Positions 1-7,586 of a stretch of DNA of 64,000 nt are shown here, one piece after another. The first letter of the stretch is position 1. Each line of letters starts with the position of its first letter. Under the pieces are notes generated by a model, which saw only the letters and a list, made by a program, of their open reading frames with translations, did not search any database and was not told the DNA's origin. The DNA is from Thermoanaerobaculales bacterium (GTDB lineage: Bacteria > Acidobacteriota > Thermoanaerobaculia > Thermoanaerobaculales > Sulfomarinibacteraceae), in assembly GCA_035358815.1 (NCBI GenBank), contig DAOPQC010000002.1, positions 472,207 through 536,206 on the forward strand, given 5' to 3'. A program made the position numbers and the translations under genes.

Positions 1-527
1 GCCGGTGCGGTGGCGTAGCCGCAAATCGGCACCAGCGCCGCCCACCGGCCCGGGTGACGCGCGCCGAGCACCCAGGTGCCGTGGCCGCCCTGCGACAGGC
101 CGGTCAGCAGCACCCGGCCCGGGTCGACCTGATAGCGGGCGGCGACCTCGTCGAGCATCGCCAGCAGCACGGCCTCGTGCTGCTCCCACTCGTCATCCGG
201 TTCCGGCTTCTGGGGAAGGAGCACCAGGAACGGCCACCGCTCGGGCCTGGCCAGCAGCTCCGGGCCGAGGCCGACGCTGATCTGCCGGGAGCCGTCGCGG
301 CCGCACTCGCCCTTGCCGTGCAGGAAGAGGACCACCGGCCACGTGCGGGAGGCGTCGTAGCTGCGCGGCACGTAGAGCGCGTAGGGGTAGCTGCGTTCGC
401 CGAGCTCGAGCGAGCCAAAGACGAAGCCGGTGCACGACGGCGCGGCAAGGTCCCCCGGAGATGACGCGCACGCCGCCGCCAGCACCGCGACGGCGAGGAC
501 TGCAGACCACCCGCCCCCGACATCCAT
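1..527 (-). CDS. alpha/beta-hydrolase lipoprotein (esterase / PHB-depolymerase-like); C-terminus runs off the window start
   Basis: Absent from the ORF track because the frame is open to position 1. Hand translation from the ATG at 527 gives MDVGGGWSAVLAVAVLAAAC (lipobox), YVPRSYDASRTWPVVLFLHGKGE, and LLTGLSQGGHGTW (GxSxG nucleophile elbow). Confidence 0.7.
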   Translation of the reverse strand, partial: MDVGGGWSAVLAVAVLAAACASSPGDLAAPSCTGFVFGSLELGERSYPYALYVPRSYDASRTWPVVLFLHGKGECGRDGSRQISVGLGPELLARPERWPFLVLLPQKPEPDDEWEQHEAVLLAMLDEVAARYQVDPGRVLLTGLSQGGHGTWVLGARHPGRWAALVPICGYATAP

Positions 528-611
528 TGCGACCTCCCTCACCAATCGATCACCACCACCGGGAACTGGCATGTGTCCACCTCGGCGCGCATTGCAGGCC
601 CCGATCGCCGG

Positions 612-1628
612 CTAGAGCTCCACCAGCCCCGTCGCTGCGGCGACGATGCGCTCGACGTTCGGCAGCGCCCGCCCCTCGCGGCGGCGGTCGTACGGGATCG
701 TGTCCTCGACGCAGACTCTGGCAAAGCGCGCGGCGATGCCGGCCTCGAGCACGGTGGCGGCGAGCTCGCCGGACAGCCCGAAGTCGCGGTAGTCCTCGTC
801 GACCACCAGTAGCCGCCCGGAGCGCCGCACCGCCTCGACCACGGCCGCCCGGTCGAGGGGCTGGACGCTGCGCAGGTCGATGACCGCGGCCTCGGCGCCC
901 CGCTCAGCCGAAAGCCGCTCGGCGGCCGCGAGGGCACGGTGGACCGCGACCCCGACCCCGGCGATCGTCAGGTCGCTCCCCTCCCGCCTCGTCCTCGACA
1001 CGCCGAGCGGGATCGGCTCCCAACGGTCGGGCACGGGCCCCCGCGCGCCGGCCGGCGGCACGTCGTACACCTGGTTGGTGCGACCGCCAGCCCCCAAGAA
1101 GTCGAGCCAGTCCTCGGCCAGCAGCTTGTGCTCGAGGAAGACCACCGGCCCGCCGTGGGCGAGCGCGCCGAGCAGCAGCCCGCCGGCGTCGTCCGGGCTC
1201 GAGGGCACCAACACGGCGAGCCCCGGGATGTGGGCGAGCCAGGCCCACAGCGCCTGCTCGTGCTGGCCGCCGTCGCCGTAGCCGCCGCCGCAGGTCGCGC
1301 GGACCACCACCGGCGCCTGCCAGCGGCCGCCCGAGAAGGCCTCCAGCTTGGCCGCCTCATTCACCAGGGCGTCGACCGCGACCGGGATGAAGTCGACCAA
1401 CATGATCTCGACCACTGGCCGCAGCCCGGCCATGGCGGCGCCGACCGCGGCACCGAGGAAGGCCGACTCGCTGATCGGCGCCGGCCGCACCCGCGCCTCG
1501 CCGAAGCGGGCATAGAGGTTCATCCGCAGGCCGGCCACGTCCTCGCCGAGCACCACCACCCGCTCGTCGGCGGCCATCACCTGGGCAAGCGCGTCCTCGA
1601 TCGCCGCTGCGAAGGTCAGGCTTTTCAT
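612..1628 (-). CDS. 2-oxoacid (pyruvate/acetoin/branched-chain) dehydrogenase E1 component, beta subunit
   Basis: 338 aa. Transketolase-like pyrimidine-binding pattern: VVVLGEDV, RVRPAPISESAFLGAAVGAAMAGLRPVVE, GGQHEQ. Its ATGA overlap with the upstream alpha subunit indicates translational coupling. Confidence 0.9.
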   Translation of the reverse strand: MKSLTFAAAIEDALAQVMAADERVVVLGEDVAGLRMNLYARFGEARVRPAPISESAFLGAAVGAAMAGLRPVVEIMLVDFIPVAVDALVNEAAKLEAFSGGRWQAPVVVRATCGGGYGDGGQHEQALWAWLAHIPGLAVLVPSSPDDAGGLLLGALAHGGPVVFLEHKLLAEDWLDFLGAGGRTNQVYDVPPAGARGPVPDRWEPIPLGVSRTRREGSDLTIAGVGVAVHRALAAAERLSAERGAEAAVIDLRSVQPLDRAAVVEAVRRSGRLLVVDEDYRDFGLSGELAATVLEAGIAARFARVCVEDTIPYDRRREGRALPNVERIVAAATGLVEL

Positions 1629-2650
1629 GCCGGCACCTCCTCGAGGCTCTCGAGCGCAGCTCGGACCGCGGCCTTGACCGCCGCTTCGACCTCGCGCTCG
1701 ATGGCCTCGAGCTCTCCGGCAGCAACGCGCAGCCGGCCACGCAAGCGCTCCACCGGGTCGCGTCCCCGCTCGGCGGCAGCCCGCCCGACCATGCCGGTGA
1801 TGCAGGTAAGGCTCGAGACGCGATCGGCGACGCCGGCGCCAGCGGCAGCAGTCACCGCCCTCGCCAGCGGGCCGACCTTGTCCTTCAGCTCATCCACCGG
1901 GTGGCGCACGAGCCGCCGCAGCGGGTCGCCCAGGAAGTGTCCCTCGGGGTGCACGCAGGCAGCGTGAAGGTAGCCCGGACCGCCGCCGCGACGGGCGCGC
2001 AGGACCGCCTCGCCGGCCGCCTGCCACACCGCCTCGACGTCGGCGCCGTCGACCTCGACGGCCGGCAGGCCAAAGCCGTGCACCCGGTCCGGCAGATTCC
2101 CCGAGGTGACGCGAGCCGACCGCGTGGTGATCGCCATGCCGTTGTCCTTGCACACGAAGAGCACCGGCAGCCGCCAGGAGCCGGCGAGGTTGAGACACTC
2201 GAGCAGCATGCCCTGGTTCATCGCGCCCTCGCCGAAGAAGGCGACCGCCACTCGGTCCGGACGCAGCTGCTGGTGGGCCAATGCGAATCCGCAGGCGAGC
2301 GGCCCCGAGCTGCCGACGATCCCCGACGAGGCGGCCAGGTGCTCCTTCGAGAACAGGTGCATGTGGCCGCCGAGGCCTCGCCCGAGCCCGCCGGCCGCAC
2401 CCAGGCACTCGGCGACGATGGCGGCGAGGTCGACGCCGCGCATCACCATCGGCGGGGTCGAGCGGTGATCAGCGGCCACGCCGTCACCCTCGGCGAGGTG
2501 GTCGAGGACGCCGGCGACGATCCCCTCCTCGCCGATGCCGAGGTGCATCTCGCCCGAAATCAGGCCCTCGCGCCAGAGCCGAGCGATCTCCTCCTCGAGC
2601 CGCCGGCTGGTCCGCATCATCCGGTACAGCCTCAGCAGATCGGGTTTCAT
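1625..2650 (-). CDS. 2-oxoacid dehydrogenase E1 component, alpha subunit (TPP-dependent)
   Basis: The ORF track extends to 2761. I place the start at ATG 2650 (MKPDLLRLYRMMRTSRRLEEE), which follows GGAGG by 7 nt. TPP-binding region: FFGEGAMNQGMLLECLNLA. Confidence 0.85.
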   Translation of the reverse strand: MKPDLLRLYRMMRTSRRLEEEIARLWREGLISGEMHLGIGEEGIVAGVLDHLAEGDGVAADHRSTPPMVMRGVDLAAIVAECLGAAGGLGRGLGGHMHLFSKEHLAASSGIVGSSGPLACGFALAHQQLRPDRVAVAFFGEGAMNQGMLLECLNLAGSWRLPVLFVCKDNGMAITTRSARVTSGNLPDRVHGFGLPAVEVDGADVEAVWQAAGEAVLRARRGGGPGYLHAACVHPEGHFLGDPLRRLVRHPVDELKDKVGPLARAVTAAAGAGVADRVSSLTCITGMVGRAAAERGRDPVERLRGRLRVAAGELEAIEREVEAAVKAAVRAALESLEEVPA

Positions 2651-2802
2651 GGCGTCGCCTCCACCGTTCGAGTGGTCGTTCGAGCCGGCGTCGCTCCGAT
2701 GGACGTGGACCGATTGTAGCGGAGGGTGGGGGTGGCCGGGGTGTCCTGCGGCCTCCCTCACCTGGCGTCAAACTCGCGGCGGGCAGTCCGATGGGCGCTC
2801 CC

Positions 2803-3558
2803 TTACGAGCCCACCCGGCCGGTTGAGAGCGCGCGCGCCCAGTCGTCTCGGCCGTTCGCTCTCGCGCAGCGGGCCGCCGTCTCCCAGTCATAGGGGACGC
2901 GATGGAGCTCCGCACTCCAGCCGTCCGCCATGCGCTCGAGGATCGCGTACGAGGCGTGCGGCGAGCCTGCCTCCATCCGATGAATGACCGGAGAATCGTC
3001 CTCGTAGGCAGGCAACCCGACGCTCCCCGGACTGACGATGAGCGGTCCCCCGGGAAGGCGGACCAGCCGAGGCAGGTGGCTGTGCCCGCAGAGCACCAGC
3101 GGATGGGTTACTCCGTCCAGCAGGTGCCGCGCCTCCGCATCGCTGCGAACGACCGCGTGACCTGAGGACACATCCTCCAGCAGGTACACGGTGTCGTCGC
3201 CCGGCGTGCCGTGAAATAGCAGCACATCGCCATCGAGCACAGCGGTGGCCGGCAGCTGCCGCAGCCAGGACACAGCTCCGGTGCTGAGTGCCTCGACGAC
3301 GAACCTGAGCGTCGAGCTCCGAGCGAGCGCGCCGGCGCGGGCGTCGACGACGAGGCGGTCCTCGTTGCCGGCGACCGTGGCCAACACCGCCTCCTGCTGG
3401 AGCCTGAGGAAGGTCTCCTGAGGCTGGAGCGGGCCGTAGAGGACATCGCCCAGGTTGACGAGCTGCGTCACGCCCCGTCGTCTGGCGTGGTCGAGCACCG
3501 CCGCGAGCGCCCAGATGTTGCCGTGGATGTCCGCGAGTGCACCAACGCGGCCGGTCAT
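2803..3558 (-). CDS. metallophosphoesterase (calcineurin-like phosphoesterase family)
   Basis: 251 aa. Motifs: ALADIHGN, LVNLGDVLYGP, CGHSHLP. These are the classic DxH / GD / GNH(D/E)-type / GH metal-ligand motifs. Confidence 0.8.
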   Translation of the reverse strand: MTGRVGALADIHGNIWALAAVLDHARRRGVTQLVNLGDVLYGPLQPQETFLRLQQEAVLATVAGNEDRLVVDARAGALARSSTLRFVVEALSTGAVSWLRQLPATAVLDGDVLLFHGTPGDDTVYLLEDVSSGHAVVRSDAEARHLLDGVTHPLVLCGHSHLPRLVRLPGGPLIVSPGSVGLPAYEDDSPVIHRMEAGSPHASYAILERMADGWSAELHRVPYDWETAARCARANGRDDWARALSTGRVGS

Positions 3559-3725
3559 GCCGTCATCGTACGGATGAGCTCACGCGGAGTTCTTGAGCAG
3601 TGCCGGGGCGAGTGCGTCCGAGGCTCTGCTGCCGGCGCCGTCGCTACGCGACCAAGATCCGGACGGATGCGGCGCGCGCGTCACGAGGGTCGGCCAACGA
3701 TGGCCTCGTTTCCACTCCCCCTTGC

Positions 3726-3827
3726 GATGCGCGCAGCGCATCCTTCTCGGCGCGCGTGGGGCGCAGGCCAGCCAGCGACCGCGACGCCTCACGAGCACCA
3801 TGCGGCCCGCGACCCGCGTGCGCCGAG
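3726..3827 (-). repeat. 3'-end element family, copy A (GC hairpin GATGCGC-GCA-GCGCATC plus conserved flank)
   Basis: Aligns by eye with 11907-12008 and, reverse-complemented, with 31478-31520. Lies directly downstream, in sense orientation, of the CDS 3848-4342. Confidence 0.7.
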
Positions 3828-3847
3828 GGGCCTATGCCCTCACGCTC

Positions 3848-4342
3848 CTAGCCCTTGGCGAGGCGGACCGAGACGCCGGTCAGCGCCTGCTGCTCGATGC
3901 CGAGGTAGAACACCGGGGCTTTCTTGTCCTTGAGCGACACGTTGACCTTGTTGTCGTTGGCCTTGACCTTGTACTTGGACCCCGTGGTGAACGCGAGCTG
4001 GTTCGCGAGGTCCTTGGCGATCTGCTTGGCCTTGGCCTTGGCGACGACGTTAACCCGGACCAGCTTGGCCTCGCCGCCGGTGGGCTCGAAGACGAGCTCG
4101 AGCACGCCGTTGACCTCGGCCTTGCCCTCGATGATGACGTCCCACGACCCGCGGAAGACCCGCTGCGCCTGTGCCTGCTGCGGCGCGGGCGGCGTTTCCG
4201 GCTGCGGAGCGGCCTGGGCTGCCGCCGGTGGCTCGGCCGGCGGCGGGGTCTCCTGGGCATATGCCGACGCGCCCAGGACGCAGAGCGCGGCGATGGTCAG
4301 CACAATCACGGACTGCAGCGACGGACGACCGCTATTTGTCAT
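3848..4342 (-). CDS. secreted hypothetical protein (Pro/Ala/Gln-rich linker plus Lys-rich beta-rich C-terminal domain)
   Basis: The ORF track starts at TTG 4363. ATG 4342 (MTNSGRPSLQSVIVLTIAALCVLGASAYAQ, a signal peptide) follows GGAGGAG by 4 nt. I recognise no family. Confidence 0.6.
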   Translation of the reverse strand: MTNSGRPSLQSVIVLTIAALCVLGASAYAQETPPPAEPPAAAQAAPQPETPPAPQQAQAQRVFRGSWDVIIEGKAEVNGVLELVFEPTGGEAKLVRVNVVAKAKAKQIAKDLANQLAFTTGSKYKVKANDNKVNVSLKDKKAPVFYLGIEQQALTGVSVRLAKG

Positions 4343-4440
4343 GTTTCTCCTCCTCGTGAGCAAACGTATACCTCAGGGGCCGCGATCAGGCTACCACGCA
4401 AGATTGCGGACCGCACCGTCGCTGTAGCCCCTTCCGCACT

Positions 4441-4471
4441 CCCTCTCCCCTATCCCCTGACCCCTATTCCC
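4441..4471 (-). repeat. G-tract array on the minus strand (GGGAATA GGGGTCA GGGGATA GGGGAGA GGG)
   Basis: Plus strand reads CCCTCTCCCCTATCCCCTGACCCCTATTCCC. It has five G3-4 runs with 3-4 nt spacers, 10 nt downstream of the valS stop. Confidence 0.8.
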
Positions 4472-4481
4472 TTCCACTCCT

Positions 4482-7121
4482 TCACCCGCCCATCTCGGCC
4501 GCGAGCTCGACCTCGACCGTGAAGCGCTCGCCCGCCGGGCTCTCGCCGTCGGCCTGCGACACGCCGCCGGCGACCACGTTGCCGGCGCGCAGCACGTCGT
4601 CGAGCACCGGCGCGAGGGCGGCGCGCTGCGCCGCTGGACCGGTGATGGTCAGGCGCGCCACCGGCCAGCGCAGGCTCTTCTGGGCCGTGGTCTTGGTGCC
4701 GCGGATCTTGGTCAGCACCTCCACCGCCGCGTCGAAGGTGCCGTGGACCTCGGGCACCGCAACCGCCGCCACCTCGTCGAGCGCCGGCCACGCCGTGGTG
4801 TGGACGCTGCGGTCACGGCCGGCGCCGGAGAACCGCCACGACCAGACCTCCTCGGTCACGTAGGGCAGGAACGGGGCGAGCAGCCGCAGGAAGGTGCGCA
4901 GCCCCCATGCCAGGGTCGCGATCGCCGAGCGCCGGGCAGGGCTGTCCTCCTCGGCGTAGGATCGAAGCTTGACCAGCTCCAGGTAGTGGTCGCAGAAGTT
5001 CCAGAACGACTCCTCGGTGACCTGCAGCGCCGCCGCGTAGTCGAAGGCGTCGAAGGCCCGGGTGGCCTGCTCGATGACCCCGCGCATCCGGTCGACCAGC
5101 GCGACGTCGAGCGGCTCGCGGATCGCACCCGGCCCCGGCGCCTCACCCGCGCCGACCGCCCGGTCGAGCTGCATCAGCACGAACCGGCTGGCGTTGAAGA
5201 CCTTGGTGACCAGCCGCTTGCCGACCTTGAACACGCTCGGGTCGTAGGCGGTGTCGGTGCCGAGCCGGGCGCGGGCTGCCCAGTAGCGCACCCCGTCCGC
5301 CGAGAACTCGTCGATGATGTCCTCGGGCGTCACCACGTTGCCCTTGGACTTCGACATCTTCTTGCGGTCCGGGTCGAGGATCCACCCGGAGAGCACGATG
5401 TGGTGCCACGGCACGTCGCCGGAGTGCATCCACGCCTTGACGATGGTGTAGAAGGCCCAGGTCCGGATGATGTCGTGGGCCTGCGGCCGGATGTCCATCG
5501 GGAACAGCCGCCGGTGGCGCTCGTCGTCGATCGCCCAGTGGGACTGGATCTGCGGGGTGAGCGACGACGTCGCCCATGTGTCCATGACGTCGGGGTCGGC
5601 GGTGAACCCGCCCGGCAGGTCGCGCTGCGACTCGCTGAACCCGGGTGGCGTGTCGGTCAGCGGGTCGACCGGGAGCGCTTCAGCGCGGGCGAAGATCGGG
5701 CTCGAGAACTCCGGCTCGCCTCCCTCCCCGACCGGGTACCAGACCGGAAAGGGGATGCCGAAGTAGCGCTGCCGGGAGATGCACCAGTCCTGGTTGAGCC
5801 CCTCCACCCAGTTGAGGTAGCGGCCCTTCATGTGCGCCGGGTGCCACTCGATCTTGTGGCCCTGCTCGAGCAGCTCGGCGCGGCAGTCGAGGACGCGGAT
5901 GAACCACTGCCGGGTCGGCACGAACTCCAGCGGCCGCTCGCCCTTCTCGTAGAACTTGACGATCTGCTCGACCGGCTGCGGCTCGCCGACCAGCGACGGG
6001 CCGTCGAGGCCGTGCAGGCTCCCGTCCTCGGCCAGCAGCTCGGCAACCCTTCGCTTGGCCTGCTTGGTGTTGAGGCCGGCGAGCTGGTCGTAGGCGCGCT
6101 GCGCCGCCTGGGGGTCGACGCTCTCGAACGGCGGCTCGCCGAAGGTCACCGGCAGCAGCCGGCCGTCGCGGCCGAGCACCTGGCGGACCGGCAGGCCGGA
6201 CTGCTTCCACCACTCGACGTCCATGAGGTCGCCGAAGGTGCAGACCATCAGGATGCCGGTGCCCTTCTCGGGGTCGGCGTGGCCGGCGGCGACGATCGGC
6301 ACCCGCGCGCCGAACAGCGGCGTGATCGCGTGCTTGCCAAAGAGCGGCCGGTAGCGCTCGTCGTCGGGGTGGGCCACCACCGCGATGCAGGCCGGCAGCA
6401 GCTCCGGCCGGGTGGTCGCGATCTTGAGCTCGCCGCCGCCCTCGACCGCGAAGCGCAGGTCGTAGAACAGGCCGTGCTGGGTGCGGTCCTCGACCTCGGC
6501 CTGGGCGACGGCGGTCGAGAAGTCGACGTCCCACATCGTGGGCGACTCGAGCTGGTAGACGCGGCCCCGCGCCACCAGGTCGAGGAACGACAGCTGGGAG
6601 GTCCGCCGGCAGTGGTCGTCGATGGTCGCGTAGGGCTCGCTCCAGTCGATCGACAGGCCGAGCCGCCGCCACAGGTGCTCGAAGGCCTTCTCGTCCTCAG
6701 CGGTGACCAGGCTGCACGCCTCGATGAAGTTGCGGCGCGAGACCTCCTCGATCACCCCCTTGCCCTTGCCGCCGATCGTCGGCTTCCATCCCGGGTCGTA
6801 GGGCAGGTGCGGGTTGCAGCGGATGCCGAGGTAGTTCTGGACCCGGCGTTCGGTGGGAAGGCCGTTGTCGTCCCAGCCCATCGGGTAGGCGATGTTCTTG
6901 CCGATCATCCGCTGGTAGCGAACCAGCAGGTCCTGGTGGGTGTAGCTGAAGACGTGGCCAACGTGGAGAGAGCCCGAGACCGTCGGCGGCGGCGTGTCGA
7001 CGACGAAGGTCGCCTCGCGCGGCGCGGTCCGGTCCCAGAGGTAGATTCCCCACTCGTCCCAGCGCCGCCGCCAGGACTCCTCGGTCGCGAGGTGGTCGTA
7101 GCTGCTCGGAATGTCCGCCAT
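4482..7121 (-). CDS. valS: valine--tRNA ligase
   Basis: 879 aa. Class-I signatures: PPTVSGSLHVGHV (HIGH) and KMSKSKGN (KMSKS). Editing-domain and anticodon-binding regions are typical of the short actinobacterial-type ValRS. Confidence 0.95.
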   Translation of the reverse strand: MADIPSSYDHLATEESWRRRWDEWGIYLWDRTAPREATFVVDTPPPTVSGSLHVGHVFSYTHQDLLVRYQRMIGKNIAYPMGWDDNGLPTERRVQNYLGIRCNPHLPYDPGWKPTIGGKGKGVIEEVSRRNFIEACSLVTAEDEKAFEHLWRRLGLSIDWSEPYATIDDHCRRTSQLSFLDLVARGRVYQLESPTMWDVDFSTAVAQAEVEDRTQHGLFYDLRFAVEGGGELKIATTRPELLPACIAVVAHPDDERYRPLFGKHAITPLFGARVPIVAAGHADPEKGTGILMVCTFGDLMDVEWWKQSGLPVRQVLGRDGRLLPVTFGEPPFESVDPQAAQRAYDQLAGLNTKQAKRRVAELLAEDGSLHGLDGPSLVGEPQPVEQIVKFYEKGERPLEFVPTRQWFIRVLDCRAELLEQGHKIEWHPAHMKGRYLNWVEGLNQDWCISRQRYFGIPFPVWYPVGEGGEPEFSSPIFARAEALPVDPLTDTPPGFSESQRDLPGGFTADPDVMDTWATSSLTPQIQSHWAIDDERHRRLFPMDIRPQAHDIIRTWAFYTIVKAWMHSGDVPWHHIVLSGWILDPDRKKMSKSKGNVVTPEDIIDEFSADGVRYWAARARLGTDTAYDPSVFKVGKRLVTKVFNASRFVLMQLDRAVGAGEAPGPGAIREPLDVALVDRMRGVIEQATRAFDAFDYAAALQVTEESFWNFCDHYLELVKLRSYAEEDSPARRSAIATLAWGLRTFLRLLAPFLPYVTEEVWSWRFSGAGRDRSVHTTAWPALDEVAAVAVPEVHGTFDAAVEVLTKIRGTKTTAQKSLRWPVARLTITGPAAQRAALAPVLDDVLRAGNVVAGGVSQADGESPAGERFTVEVELAAEMGG

Positions 7122-7139
7122 GGCGCCCTCCGTCCCGCG

Positions 7140-7493
7140 TCAGCCGCGGGCGGTGGAGAACGCGAAGTCGGCGTCCACGACTTGCAGGCGGTCGGCGTGG
7201 ACCCATGTCGCCACCGCCCCGCCGTCGTCGAGCACCGCGGCGACGATGGTGTCGTCGTCGCCAAACAGATCGTGCCGCTCCTTCTCCTTGATCAGCGACT
7301 CCTCCTTGACCCACAGCACGAGCCGCCGGTCATCGAGCTTGGCCGCGTCGAGGGCGTTGGGGAGGAACTCGCGGATCACCGCGGAGTCGCCTCGCACCAC
7401 CATCAGCACCGGCCGGTACGTCGACGGCGGGTTCGACGAGAGCCACCGCTCCAACTCGTCACGCGTCTGGACATCGACCAGCCAGGGCCCCAT
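7140..7493 (-). CDS. hypothetical protein (117 aa)
   Basis: Ends 19 nt upstream of valS on the same strand. Its composition is not the Arg/Pro-rich type seen in the antisense artefacts. No motif recognised. Confidence 0.5.
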   Translation of the reverse strand: MGPWLVDVQTRDELERWLSSNPPSTYRPVLMVVRGDSAVIREFLPNALDAAKLDDRRLVLWVKEESLIKEKERHDLFGDDDTIVAAVLDDGGAVATWVHADRLQVVDADFAFSTARG

Positions 7494-7586
7494 TTCACCA
7501 TCCTCCTCGCGACATCGGCAGATGATAACAAACAGGGCCGCCGGGCGGGCCCGAGCTTGACAATCCGGCAGCGATCCTGCTTCCCT

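Noticed and set aside
7557-7562. TTGACA upstream of topA as a promoter -35 box
   Set aside because: No acceptable -10 hexamer lies 16-18 nt downstream (CTTCCC/TCCTGC). I cannot support a promoter call.
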